In this document: piece by piece, positions 45,730-62,327 of the stretch
Layout: every line of letters begins with the position of its first letter
How positions within the stretch are numbered: position 1 is the stretch's first letter
Assembly (NCBI RefSeq): GCF_009914755.1
Contig: NC_060932.1
Reading direction: 5' to 3' (one strand)
Source: the human T2T-CHM13v2.0 reference genome, Homo sapiens
DNA length: 64,000 nt
Position numbers and translations under genes: made by a program
The notes under the pieces: model-generated
Seen by the model: the letters and a program-made list of their open reading frames with translations, nothing else
Database searches by the model: none
Told to the model about the DNA's origin: nothing

Positions 45730-45920
45730 GTGGTGGGAAGGACAGGTGGATTGGATTTGAATCTCAGTTCTCCTAAAGACTAGCATTAGCTTGAGCAATT
45801 TTCATGAGTCTTAGTTTAACATCTATAAAATAGGCATAATAATACCTGTATTCTATGGATTTGTGAGAATTGAATGGAAAATTATTAGTAAAACCCCAGC
45901 ACTATATCTGAAGTTATTTA
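45730..45920 (+). mobile_element. MIR SINE fragment
   Basis: ggatttgaatctcag...cttgagcaa...catctataaaataggcataataatacct...tgtgagaatt. Confidence 0.65.
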
Positions 45921-46659
45921 CTTACTTGCCTTCTTTCCCAGCCAGTGCTGGTATGTATTTGGGAACATAATGATATTTTGATACTGATTTTAAGTAGACA
46001 GATAAATCTGTTACACAATATTTGTACATTCTAAAGAATAATATACATGAGGCTTAAATATGAGCTCGATTCCTCACTTGCATAAATGTATAAAACTGAG
46101 AAACGTCTATTTTACCTGAATGCAACTCTTCCGTGATTTGGTATAATTGATGTGCAAAGATATTTTACATGCTCATTCATACATTGTAACATTTTGAGAG
46201 ATAAAAGTACAGCGACACAGTCTAAACTAATTAAAAGAAGATTAAGCATAGAATATGTAATATCAACATATAATTGATTTATTTAAGCAATTCTGTTTAC
46301 TATAAAGTTTAGTCAAGCCTTTGCACTGCAGATCTTTGTTCCAAACATACATTGCTTTTTCTCTTGTTTGCCATACAAATGAGTTTTATTTTCAGAACTG
46401 CAGCCTGTCCAAGCACACCCTCTGCTGGTTTATGTCTTTGGTTCAACAACACGTAGGTCCTAACAAATTACCTAACAAAGGAGGACCATTCACTTTTAGA
46501 GTAAAAGCAGGTAACCTTAGAAGGCAAGCATACAGACAAGCACACACAGATTCTATTTCAGATGCCTGCCTTCTAGTCACTTATCGTAGAGAGAGGATTT
46601 ATTTCTTTGAATTTGTTGTTTTAGAATTGCATACAACTTCTTAAGGCTTACAGCTAGAA

Positions 46660-47330
46660 TTTATTCATTTCATTCATACATTTCACACTACATGCATGGA
46701 AATTACACCATGTTTAGGCGTAGCTTGAGAAAAGGAAGAAAGACACAATATCTCTGACTTCTGGGAGAATATGTTCTGCCTAGAGTGCCAAACAGTAAAT
46801 AAGTGAGTGTAATTTCAAATATATACAAGCAATCTGCAGAAAAGAACACTGTATTGGGGCAGCACCTGTGTGTGAGTGGCATAGGTCTTAACAATAGTTT
46901 CAAGGAGGACCTCTCTAAAGGATTGATATTGGCACTGAGACTTGAGTGTTGAGAAACAGTTAGGCAAGCTAAAATCCAGGCACATGAGACAGCAAGGAAA
47001 GCATCTTGCAATGGAATAGATCTTGAGATGGTTAATGAAGAAAAAAAAAGAAGCCAGACCATTTTGAATGTGGGAGAAGGCTGATATTAAGCAGAAGTGA
47101 TAGACAGGAGTCTGATGCTCTATAAGACCTGGAGGTCACTGTGAAGATTTTTTTTTCAAGTGCATTGGGAAGCCATTTGAAGGTTTAAGCAGGAGAGCAA
47201 TGCCACTTAATTTATATTAAAAAAATGTGACCCTGGCTGTTCTATGGAAATGGATTTTAGAAGAGCAAGGGTGGGAACAGGAAGCAGAAAACCCAGCTAT
47301 CACTGTGATTCAGGCTGAAGGTTATGTGTT
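46660..47330 (-). mobile_element. L2 relic (resumes at ~47800-47900)
   Basis: ttcattcat tail; cattgggaagccatttgaaggtttaagcaggagag...ctggctgttctatggaaatggattttag. Confidence 0.7.
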
Positions 47331-47374
47331 AAAAAAAAGAAAAGCTGTAATAAAGATACCTTTTTTTTTTTTTT

Positions 47375-47800
47375 TTCTTTTGGCAGTCTGGTGAAGCCTG
47401 TAAAACTCTTTCAGAGTACCATTTTAAAATGCATAACATAAAATAAATAAAATGTCAAATAATCCAATTGCATTGAAATGTAGTTATCAAAATATTAAAA
47501 AACAAATTTGGAAATATTAGTATATGCACTCCTTTAGTCACACGTTAAATAACAATAATTAATAGTGTGTATGATAACCACTGTTATTTCAAAGCCATGA
47601 TAAAGACAAGAATCATTATAACAGTGCTGAAATCATAATTTTATTAAGAATATCTGTGAATTCTGTTGATGATGAAGTCAAAGGCACTTCATCTATGTTG
47701 CCAACTTTTATATTGGAAGGAAATATTAAAATTTCAGTGAAAAACTACCAAACATAAAGATACAATTTTTTGTACCTTCAAGTTTATTGATTCCTTGCTT
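47375..47800. mobile_element. hAT-Charlie relic (MER119-like)
   Basis: tttggcagtctggtgaagcct...aaatgcataa...ggaaatattaaaatttcag motifs. Confidence 0.55.
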
Positions 47801-47974
47801 TAGTGGTAGAGATGACAGAACTGGCTTATGAATTGACTTTGGGGAATAAAGAGGCAAGAAAAAGAAAGGACCTAGGGATAGATGATAGCATAATTCAGGT
47901 GTGTAAATCTGTGTTGAAATGACCAAAATAATATCAACTGTGCCTAGGCCTAGGGCAGATACTTTTATTTATGC

Positions 47975-50225
47975 AGATATGCAAGTTTGTGGTGATTCAT
48001 TTCTTGAACTGAACACAGGGTGAAGAGGATCCTCTGTCTGCTTCACAATCACCTGGACCTCACACACTGTTACCAATGCAACAGTGGGGGTGGGGTGCCT
48101 GTACCCCAGACACCAGTGCCATGACTGTCCGAGAATCCAGAGCCATAGTCTGTCCACATGTGCCTGTGCTTCAGACCTTGACTTCCAAGTTTACTGTATT
48201 GATGCCACTCATCAGTCACTGGTACCACAGACATTGCAAACAAGTCCACAAAACAGACCCAGTGCCAAGAGGGATTCCCTCAGCCACAACTTCCCCAGTG
48301 GGAGAAAAATAGATTGAGAGGATCTTTGCAGCCATCACCACCAAAGGCCCCAGCAACCCTCATTGTCACTGCAGATATCCACAGTATTGGATACTGAGGA
48401 TCCCTGCAATATTCACCAACACTGACCTAAGATGACAGAGCTGCACAGACACAACACAGCTGGCACCCTCACTGATGCCAGAACTGCTGCATCCTATCCA
48501 TGCCGTCCCCCAGAGAGGAAGGTCTTTCATAGTGAAACTAGCTCATAAAGTCTGCACAAGGTGACTGCTCCGTCAAACACATGGATATCAACATAAAGCT
48601 AGGAGAAACATAAAACCAAAGAAACACAGCACTATGAAAAGAATATCATAATCTCCCAGTGCCTGACCCAAAGAAAAAAAGAGCTATAAACTGCCTGACA
48701 AAGAATTTAAAATAATTGTTTTAAGGAAGTTCAATAAACATTAATAAAGTACACACAAACAATTTGAAAAAATCAAGAAAACAACAAATGACCAAAATGA
48801 GAAATTTAAGAGAGATATAAATAATATTTAAAAATCAAACAAATTATGAAGCTGAAAAATACAATGAATACAATGAGAAATTAAATAGCATCAACAGCAG
48901 AATTGAGCAAGCAGAAGAAAAAACCTGCAAACTTGAAGATAGGTTATTTGAAAATATACACTCAGAAGAGAAAAATGAAAAAATAATGAAAAGGAATGAA
49001 GAAAGCTTATAGTATTTGTGGGACAGCATCAAAAGAGTAAATATTTGAGTTATAGGAATTAAAAAAGAAGAGAAAGACAAAGAGACAGAAAACTTACTTA
49101 AAGAAATAATAGAAGAAAACTTTCTAAATCTGGAGACATATATAAATATCTAGCGACAGGAAGGTCATGTCTTTAGGCAGATTCAATCCAAACAAGACTA
49201 CATTGAAACATATAATCAGACCATTAAAAATCACAATCAAAGAGAGAATCCTGAAAGCACCAAGAGAAAAGAAGCAAATCACATATAATAGAATTCCAAT
49301 AATGCTAGCAGTGGATTTCTCAACAGAAGCCTTACAGGCTAGGAGAGAATGGGATCATATGTTCAAAGGAAAACATGTCATTGAAGGAAAAAACCTGCCA
49401 ACTAGGAATATTGGACCTGGCAAAGCTGTTCCACAGAAATAAAGAAGAGATAAAGACTTTTCAGATAAACAAGCTGAGAGAGTTAATCACTATCAACTCT
49501 GTCTTACAAAAAATGATAATTTATTCAATTTGAAAGAAAAGAATACTAATTAGTAGTACAAAGCCATGAAAGTATAAAATTCACTGGTAAAACTAAATAC
49601 ACAATCAAATTCAGAATACTGTAATAGTGAAATGATGGTGTGCAAATAACTTATATCTTTAGTATGGAGGTTAAAGACAAGAGTACTAAAAATAATAGCT
49701 ATAATAATTTGCTAAGGTGTATACAATATAAAAAGATTCAAATTGTGACATCAAAAACATAAAATGTGGGTAAAGGGGTCAAATAAAAGTGTAGAGTTAT
49801 TTTATACAATGAAAGTTAGGTCATCATCAGCTTAAAATAGGTTGTTATAACTATAAAGTGTTTCATGTAAGACTCATGGTCACCACAAAGCAAAAATCTG
49901 TAGATATATAAAAGATAAAAAGTAAGGAATCAAACCATACCACTAGTGGTAATTATCTAATCACAATGGATGACAGTGAGAGAGGAAGAAAGGAACAAAG
50001 GATTTAAACATAAACCAGAAAACAATTAACAAAGTTGCAGTATTAAGTTCTTACCTATCAATAATTACCTTGACTGTAAATAGATGAAATCCTCTAATTA
50101 AAAGACTTAAGTAGCTGAATGGATTAAAAAAAACAAGACCCAACTATGTGCTGCCTACAGGAGACTCACTTCACCTTTAAGGACATACATTGATTGAAAC
50201 TAAAAGGGTGGAAAAAGATATTCTA
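47975..50225 (+). mobile_element. Old L1M 5' portion (5' UTR, ORF1, inter-ORF region, start of ORF2 EN)
   Basis: ORF 49167-49442 KERILKAPREKKQITY...VDFSTEALQARREW; EN tgctgcctacaggagactcac (CCLQETH) at ~50149. Confidence 0.85.
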
Positions 50226-50227
50226 TG

Positions 50228-50370
50228 TGTTATATAGAGTTTATGGGAGGCCACTGTTTGAACTGAGCTCATACTCTAGGCCTCAGTAGACCACATCAAA
50301 CTCAAATGGAGTCATTCATTCTAGGCACCATGTAATCAAACAGAAATCTGAAATGGGCCATTTTCCCCAA
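50228..50370 (+). mobile_element. MER4-group ERV1 LTR 5' fragment
   Basis: tgtta...ggaggccactgttt...ctaggcc...aaatggagtca...gtaatcaaac motifs; truncated by the L1MA element. Confidence 0.55.
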
Positions 50371-50463
50371 GCCTTGCCACCACAGGCTGCAGTGCTTTGA
50401 GGTTCTAAATAAACTTGACAGGCAGTCCTAGGCCACAAGGACTTCAACTCCTAGGCAAATTCT

Positions 50464-51589
<1,126 letters not shown>

Positions 51590-51591
<2 letters not shown>

Positions 51592-52102
51592 AATGAGGGC
51601 CTTACAACTCTGCCTGTTGCCATATCCTAGTGTGGCTGAGCTGATATCCAAGTTGTAAGACAAAGTCCCCTTTACTCTTCCCTCTCCTTTCCTCATACAG
51701 AAGGAAGAAGTCTCTTTATAGCTACTAGCTGCACTTCCTGGGGTTGGGAGAAGGATGGCACAAGCACTACCTTAGGTACCCTGGCTGATGTCTCACTAGG
51801 TGGTGTGATCACAAGTCCATTGGGTCTTGCCTAGAAGGCAAATTCTAAGGCTGTGCTGGATTCAGAGCCAATGGACTTGTGATCACACCACCTAGTGAGA
51901 CATCAGCCAGGGTGCCTAAGGTAGTGCTTGTGCCATCCTTCTCCCAACCCCAGGAAGTGCAGCTCACAGGTCCAGAAGAGACTTCTTCCTTCTGCATGAG
52001 GAAAGGAGAGGGAAGAGTAAAGGGGACTTTGTCTTACAACTTGGATATCAGCTCAGCCACACTAGGATGTGGCAACAGGCAGAGTTGTAAGGCCCTCATT
52101 CC
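51590..52102. repeat. Long inverted repeat: ~234-bp arms (51590-51823 and 51868-52102), 44-bp spacer
   Basis: ggaatgagggccttacaac...acaagtccattgg is the reverse complement of ccaatggacttgt...gttgtaaggccctcattcc; 3 substitutions seen plus one 12/13-nt discordant patch. Confidence 0.96.
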
Positions 52103-53027
52103 AGCCTCTAGCTCCTAGACAACATTTCTAAACACACCACCGGCCACAAGGGAACTTACTGCCTTGAAGGGAAGAACCTGTCCTGGCAGGATTCATCACC
52201 TGCAGACTAAAAAGCCTTTGGGTCTCAGTAATCAGCAGCAGTAGCAGGTAGTACATGCCATCGGCCATGGGTGAGATTCTGAGACATACTGGCTTCAGGT
52301 CTGACCCAGCACATTCACAGCTGTGGTGGCTAGGAGGAGTTATTCCTTCTACTTGAGAAAAGCCAAGGGAAGAGTAAAGGTAATTTGTCTTGCAGCTTAG
52401 GTATCAGCTCAACCACAATGGGGTAGAGCACCAAATGGGCTCCCAGAGTGCTTGATTTTAAGCCTTGGCTGTTGCATTTCTTGACCTTCCTTGGGCTAGA
52501 GGGGAGCCCACTGCCCTGAAGAGAGAGTGCCAGGCCTGGCAACGTTCACTATAAGCTGACCGAAGAGTCCTTGGGCCTTAAGATAACGTTGGTGGTAGCC
52601 TGGCAGTACTCCCTTTGGGCCTGTGGTGTTGGCCATGGGGAGAGACTCCTCTGCCTGTGGGAGTGGGAGTGAAGAGTGGGAAGGACTTTATATTGTGGTT
52701 TTGTGACAGTTCAGCTGCAGTAGAATAGGACACCAGGTAGACTTCTAAAATTCCAACTCCAGGTCCTGGCTCCTGGGGAGCATCTCTAGACCTGCCAAGG
52801 GCTAGGAGAACTCGCTGCCCTGAAGGAAAGGATACAAGCCTGGCTGGCTTCACCACCTGCTGACGGTAGATCCCTAGAACCTTGAGCAAACATAGGCAGT
52901 AGCCAGGCAGTGGTTACCACAGGCCTTAGGTGAGGCCCACTGCTGTGCTGACTTCTGACGTCAGGTTTGACCTGGCACAGTCTCATTGAGACTTCTGTCA
53001 TCCCTCTCCCAGCTCCAGGCAGCTCAA

Positions 53028-53042
53028 CACACACACACACAG

Positions 53043-53079
<37 letters not shown>
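53028..53079. repeat. Interrupted (CA)n microsatellite in the L1MA 5' UTR
   Basis: Directly visible. Confidence 0.96.
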
Positions 53080-53084
<5 letters not shown>

Positions 53085-54512
53085 ACAGCCTTCATTTATT
53101 TGGGAAAAAGTAATGGAAGAGAACAAGAGTCTCTGCCTAGTAATCCAAAGACTTCTTTCAAATCTTACCTAAGACCCCCAAGGCAGTACCTCTATGAGTC
53201 TGCAAGAACCACAGCATTAATGGGCTTGGAGTGGCCTCTTATTGAGATAAAAAACTTAGACCACAGCACCCAAGTCCTTTGGAACACCTAGAAAGCCTTC
53301 ACAAGATGGATGGATATAAGTAAACTCAGACTGCAAAGACTACAATAAATATAAATACTTAACTATTTAATGCCCAGACACCAACGAACATCTACAAGCA
53401 TCTAGACCATCCAGGAAAACAGGACCTCACCAAATGAACTAAAGAAGGCACCAGGGAGACACAGAGATATGTGACATCTCAGGAGATAATTCAAAATAGT
53501 TCTTTTAAGAAAACTCAAAGAAATTCAAGATAACACAGAAAAGGAATTAAGAATTCTATTAGACAAATTTAATAAGGAGATTGATATAATTAAAAAGAAT
53601 CAAGCAGAAATTCTGGAGTTGAAAAATATAATTCACATACTGAAGAATGCATGAAAGTCTCTTAATAGCAGAATTGATCAAGCAGAAGAAAGAATTAGTG
53701 AGCTTGAAAGCTACTTGAAAATACACAGTCAAAGAAGATAAAAGAAAAAAAAAGTATGAAACTTGTCTAAAATATGTAGAAAAACACCTCAAAAGAGCAA
53801 ATCTAAGAGTTAATGGCCTTAAAATGAAGTGCATGTGCGTGAGAGAGATAGAGATAAAAAATTTATTCAATGGAGTAAAAACAGAGAACTTCCCCCACTG
53901 GAGAAAGATATTAGTATTCAAATACAAGAAGGTTATAGAACACAAAGCAGATTTAACCCAAAGAAGACTAATTCAAGGCACTTAGTAATCAATCTCCCAA
54001 AGGTCAAGGATAAAAGCAGCAAGAGAAAAGAAACAACATACAATGGAGTTCCAATATGTCTTGTAGCAGACTTTTCAGTGGAAACTTTATAGACCAGGAG
54101 AGTGGCATGAAATATTTAAAATGCTGATGGAAAAAAATCACTTTTATCCAAGAATGTTATATCTGGGAAGAATATCCTTGAAACATGAAGGAGAGATAAA
54201 GACCTTTCCAGACAAACAAAAGCTAAGGGATTTCATCAATGCCAGGCATTTCCTACAAGAAATGGTAAATGGAGTTCTTCAATCTGAAAGAAAATGACAT
54301 TAATGTGCAATGAGAAATCATCTGAAGCTACAAAATTTATTGGTAATAGTAAGCACACAGAAAAACAAAATATCATTAACACTGTAATTGTGGTGTGTAT
54401 ACTTCTCATATCTTAAGTAGAAAGAGTAAAAGATAAACTGATAAAAAATAATAACTACAACAACTTTTCAAGACAGACAGTACAATAAAATAGAAACAGA
54501 AACAACAAAAAG

Positions 54513-56047
<1,535 letters not shown>

Positions 56048-59000
56048 GAGTGGAGAGATGAATTTAAAGTGTAGAGTTTCTACTAGTTTTCTTTTGCTTG
56101 CTTGTTTATTTATAAAATAAGTGTTCAGTTTTCATCAGCTTAAAATAATGAGTTATAAGATACTATTTGCAAGCCTTGTGGTAACCATAACCTCAAGTCA
56201 AAAAACATATAATGGATACAGACAAAATAAAAAACAAGAAATTACAACATACCATCAGAGAAAATCACCCTCACTGAAAGAAAGGTAGGAAGGAAAAGAA
56301 GAAGGAAGAGAAGATGACAAAATAACCAGAAAACAAATAACAAAATGGTAGGAGTAAGTCTCTATTTATTAATAATAACATTGAATGTAAATCGGCTAAC
56401 TCTCCAATCAAAAGACTAAGAGTGACTGAATGGATAATAAACAACACCAATGATTTATTGCCTACTAGTAACACATTTCACCTGTATACACGTAGACTGA
56501 AAATAAAGGGATGGAAGAAGGTATTCCTTGCAAATGGAAACCAAAAACAGCAGAAGCAGCTACACTTAGACAAAATAGATTTTGAGACAAAACTATAAGA
56601 AAAGACAAAGAAGGTCATTATATAATGATAAAGAGGTCAATTTAGCAAGAGGATATAATAATTATAAATATATATGCACTGGAGGATCCAGATATATGAA
56701 GCACATATTATAAGAGCTAAAGGAAGAGATAGACCCCCTTGACAAAATAATATGGGGAGACTTCAACATTCCACTTTCAGCCTTGGACAGATCATCCAGA
56801 CAGAAAACCAGCAAAGAAACATCAGACTTAACCTGCACTATAGACCAAATGTACCTGATAGATATTTACAGAACATGTCATCCAATGGCTGTAGAATATA
56901 CATTCTTCTCTTCCAGTACATGGATCATTCTCAAAGATGGACTGTATGTTAGACCATAAAACAAGTCTTAAAACATTCAAAAAATTGACCACAATGTAAT
57001 AAAACTATAGAACAATAACAAGAAGAATTTTGGAAACTATACAAACATGTGGAAATTAAATAATATTCTCCTGAATGACAAGTGGGTCAATAAGGATATT
57101 AACAAAGAAATTGAAAAATTTCTTGAAACAATAATGGAAACACAGTATACCAAAAGCTACGGGACACAGTGATAGCAGTACTAAGAGGAAAGTTTATACC
57201 TATAAGTACCTATATCAAAACACTAGAAAAACTTCAAATAAACAACCTAATGATGCATCTTAAAGAACTAGAAAAGCAAAGCCAAACCAAACCCAAAATT
57301 AGTAGAAGAAAAGAAATAATAAAGAACAGAGCAGAAATAAATGAAATTGAAATGACAAAAACAATGCAAAAGATCAATGAAACAAAAAACTGGTTTTTTG
57401 AAAAGAGAAACAAAATTGACAAAACTTTAGCTAGAGTAAGTAGGAAAAAAAGAGAAAAACCAAATAAATAAAATCAGAGATGAAAAACGAGACATTACAA
57501 CTGATATAGCAGAAATTCAAAGAATCATTACAGGCCACTATGAGCAACTATATGCCAATACATTGGAAAACCTAGAAAAAAATGAGTAAATTTCTAGATA
57601 CATACAACCTACCAATATTTAATCATGAAGAAATAAAAATCCCGAACAGATTAATGAAAAATAACAATATAAAAGCTGTAATAAAATGTCTCCAAGCAAA
57701 GAAGAGTGTGGGACCCAATGGCTTCACTGCTGAATTCTACCAAACATTTAAAGGTGAGCTAATACCAGTACTACTCAGACTATCCTAAAAATAGTGGAAG
57801 AGGGAATACTTCTAAACTCTTTCTACAAAGCCAGTATTACCCTGATACCAAAACCAGACAAAGACATATCAATAAAAGAAAACTACAGGCCAGTATCCGT
57901 GATGAACATTGATGTAAAAATCCTCAAAAAAAATACTAGGAAACCAAATTCAACAACACATTAAAAAGTTTATTTATCATGACCAAGTAGGATTTATCCC
58001 AAGGATGCAAGGATGGTTCAACATATGCAAATCAATCAATGTAATACATCATATCAACAGAATGAAGGACAAAAACCATAAGATCATTTCAATTGATGTT
58101 GAAATACCATTTGATACAATTCAATCTCTCTCATTAATTAAACCCCCATTTTGCTAGCAAAACTGGGTATAGAAGGAATATATGCCAGCATAATAAAAGC
58201 CATATATGACAGACCCACAGCTACTATCATACTGAATAGGGAAAAACTGAGCACCTTTCCTTTAAGATCTGGAGCATGACAAGGATATGAACTTTTCACT
58301 GTTATTCAACATAGTACTGGAAGTAGTAGCTAGAGCAAGCAGACAACAAAAAGGAATAAAGAGCACCCAAGTTAGAAAAGAAGTCAAATCGTCCCTGTTT
58401 GCAGATGATATGATCTTATATTTGGAGAAACCTAAAGACACTACTCAGAAACTATTAGAATTGATCAACAAATTTAGTAAAGTTGCAGGATATAAAATAT
58501 CAGTAGCATTTCCATATGCCAACAGTGAACAATCTGAAAAAGAAATTTAAAAAGTAATCCCATTCACAATAGCCACAAATAAAATTAAATACCTAGGAAT
58601 TAACTCAAGCAAAGAAGTGAAAGGTCTCTATAATGAAAACACTGAAACACTGATGAAAAAAATTGAAGAGGACACCAAAAAATTAAAAGATATTCCATAT
58701 TCATGGATTACAAAAAGCAATATTGTTAAAATGTCCATAGTACCCAATCTGCAGATTCGATGCAATACCTATCAAAATACCAATTACACTCTTTATAGAA
58801 GTGGAAAAAAAAATCTTAAAATTTATGTGGAGCCAGAAAAGACCCAGGATAGCCAATGGTACCCTGAGCAAAAAGTATAAAAGTAGAGGAATCACATCAC
58901 CTGATTTTAAGTTATATAATACTACAGAGTAATAGTAGTCAAACCAGCATGGTACTGGCATAAAAGCAGACACAAGACCAATAGAAAAGATTAGAGAACT

Positions 59001-59086
59001 CAGAGATAAAACCATACGTCTAAAGTGAACTTATTTTCAACAAAGGTGCCAAGAACATACATTGGGGAAAGAATGGTCTGTTCAAT

Positions 59087-59295
59087 GAGAACACTTGGAC
59101 ACAGGGTGGGGAACATCACACTTGGGGGCCTGTTGTGGGGTTGGGGGCAGGGGGAGGGACAGCATTAGGAGAAATACCTAATGTAAATGACGAGTTAATG
59201 GGTGCAGCAAACCAACATGGCACACGTATACCTATGTTACAAACCTGCATGTTGTGCACATGTACCCTAGAACTTAAAGTATAATAAATTAAAAA
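59087..59295 (+). mobile_element. ~210-bp L1PA 3'-UTR stub (L1PA5-7)
   Basis: gagaacacttggacacagg...ctagaacttaaagtataata; TSD aaagaatggtctgttcaat at 59068-59086 and 59296-59314. Confidence 0.93.
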
Positions 59296-60784
59296 AAAGA
59301 ATGGTCTGTTCAATAAATGGTGCTGAGAAAACTGGATATCCATATGTAGAAGAATAAAACTAGACCCTCATCTTGACATATACAAAATCCATTCTGATTT
59401 GACTTTTGTATATGTCAATAATCAAATCAAGAATGGATTAAAGACTTTTATGTATGTCCAGAGACATACACAAATCAGAATGGATCAAATACTTAAATCT
59501 AAGACCTCTATCTATGAAACTACTAAAGGAAATTGGGGAAATGCTCCAGGACACTGGACTTGGCAAAGATTTCTTGAGAATTATCCCACAAGCATAGTCA
59601 AGTAAAGCAAAAATGGACAAATGCAATCACATCATGTTTAAAAGCTTCTGCACAGCAAAGTAAACAATCAACAATGTGAAGAGACACCACACAGAATGGG
59701 AGAAAATAGTTACAAGCTACCCATCTTACAAAGGATTAATAACAAGAATATATAAGGAGCTCTAAAAACTTTATATGAAAAATATGAAAAATGGGCAAAA
59801 AATCTGAATAGACATTTCTCAAGAGAAGACATACAAAAGGCAAACAGGCATATGAAAATATATTCAGCATCACTGATCGTCAGAGAAATGCAAATAAAAT
59901 TACAAAGAGATATTATCTTACTCCAGATAAAATGGCTTTTATGCAGAAGACAGGCAATAACAAATGCTGGCAAGGATTTGGAGAAAAGGAAAGCCTTGTA
60001 CACTGTTGGTTGAAATGTAAATTGGCACAACCACTATGGAGAAAAGTTTTGAGTTTCCTCAAAAAACCAAAAATGGAGCTACCATATGATCCAGCAATCC
60101 CACTGCTAGGTACATACCCAAAAGAAATTAGTTTATCAAAGAGATATATGCACTCCCATGTTTATGGCAGCACTATTCACAATAGCCAAGATTTGGAAGC
60201 AACCTAAGTATCCATCAGTGAACAAATGGATTAAAAAAATGTGGTACATATGCACAATGGATTTCTATTAAGCCATAAAAAAGAATAAGATCCTGTCATT
60301 TGCAACAACATGGATGAAACTGGAGGTCATTATGTTAAGTGAAATGAGCTCTGCATCGAAAGGGAAACTTCACATATTCTCACTTATTTGTGGGAGCTAA
60401 CAATTAAAACAATTGAACTAATGGATATAGAGAGTAGAATGATGCTTATTAAGAGCTGGGAAGGGTAGTGGAAGGTTGTGGGGAATATGGAGCTGGTTAA
60501 TGGGTACAAAAAGTTGTTAGAAAGAATGAATAAGATCTAGTATTTGATAGCACAACAGGGTGACTATAGTCAATAATAATTTAACTGCACATTTAAAAAT
60601 AACTATAAGAGTATAATTGGATTGTTTGTAACAGAAAGGATAAACATTTGAGGTGATGGACACCTCATTTACCCTGATGTGATTATTGTGCATTGTATAT
60701 CTGTATCAAAATATCTCACATACCCTACAAATGTTTATACCCACTGTTTACCCACAAAAATTAAAAATTAAAAAAAAATTTTAA

Positions 60785-61670
60785 AGTTTTTCTTAATTTT
60801 TAATTTCAATAGGTTTTCAGGGAACAGGTGGTGTTTGGTTATATGAATAAGTTCTTTAGTGGGGATTTCTAAGATTTTTTGGGGCACCCATCACCAGAGC
60901 AGTGTACATTGTACCCAATGTGTAGTCTTTTATCCCTCACCCCGCTCCTACCCTTTCCCCCGAGTCCCCAAAGTCCACTGTATCATTCTTATGCATTTGT
61001 GTTCTCATAGCTTAGCTCCCACTTATGATGAGAACAATGATGTTTGGTTTTCCATTCCTGAGTTACTTCACTTAGAATAATGGTCTCCAATTCCACGCAA
61101 GTTGCTTTGAATGCCTTTATCTTGTTCCCTTTTATGGCTGAATAGTACTCTATGGTATATACACATATATAAAAACATTTTCTTTATCCACTCATTGACT
61201 GATGGGTATTTGGGCTGGTTCCGTATTTTTGCAATTGTGAATTGTGCTGCTATAAACATGTGTGTGCAGGTATCTTTTTTGTATAATGACTTCTTTTTCC
61301 TCTGTGTAGATACCCAGGAGTGGGATTGCTGGATCAAATGGTAGATCTGCTTCTAGTTCTTTAAGGAATCTCCACGCTTTTTCCCACAGTTGTTGTACTA
61401 GTTTACATTTTCACCAACAATGTAATAGTGTTCCCTTTTCACCACATCTATGCCCACATCTATTATTTATTGCTCTTTTGATTATGGCCATTCTTGCAGA
61501 AGTGAGGTGGTATCACATTGTGGTTTTGATTTGCATTTCCCTGATCATTAGTGATGTTGAGTATTTTTTATGTTTGTTGGCCATTTGTATATCTTCTTTT
61601 GAGAATTGTCTATTCATATCCTTAGCCCACGTTTTGATGTTTTTTTCTTTTTGCTAATTTATTTGAGTTC
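60785..61670 (-). mobile_element. L1PB1-type 3' fragment, tail-to-tail with the L1MA
   Basis: caataggtttt...gaacaggtggtgtttggtt...aagttctttagtgg 3' UTR; ORF2 C-terminus KDTCTHMFIAAQFTIAK. Confidence 0.88.
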
Positions 61671-62325
61671 GAAGACAAATAAAAATGGAAACACAACGTA
61701 CCAAAACTTAGTGATGCAGCAAAAGTGGTTATAAGAAAAAGTTGATAGCAATAAACTACATAAAAATGTTTTCAAATAATTAACCTAATTTTACACCTCA
61801 AGGAACTTGAAAAAGATAAATGAAACCCAGTGAGTATGAGGAAGGAAATAATAAAGATCAGAGCAGAAATAAATGAAATAGAGACTGAAAAAGCAATAGA
61901 AAGTATCAACAAAACTAAGAGGTGGTTTCTCGAAGAAACAAACAAAGTTGACACACTTTTAGTTAGACTAAGAAAAAAAAGAGAGAAGACTCAAATAAAT
62001 AAGATCATATATGAAAGAGGAGACATAACAACTGATAACATAGATATACAAAGGATCATAAGAGACTACTTTGAAAAATTATACACCAACAAATTGGATA
62101 ACCTAGAAGAAATGGATACATTTGTAGCCACATAAAACATAATAAGACTAAATCATGAAGAAATAGACAATCTGATCAGACACATAATGAGTAGGGATAT
62201 TGAATCAGTAAGAAAAAGTCTGTTGTCAAAGAAAATCTCAGGACTTGATGACTTTCCTGATGAATGCTACCAAATACTTAAATAAGAACTAATACCAATC
62301 TTGTACAAACTCTTGAAAAAAGAGG
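61671..62325 (+). mobile_element. Old L1M ORF2 fragment
   Basis: ORF 61830-62135 RKEIIKIRAEINEIET...NKLDNLEEMD. Confidence 0.85.
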
Positions 62326-62327
62326 CT

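Noticed and set aside
52000-52900. Three ~300-350-bp diverged repeats as a novel array
   Set aside because: Consistent with the internally repeated 5' UTR of L1MA-type elements.
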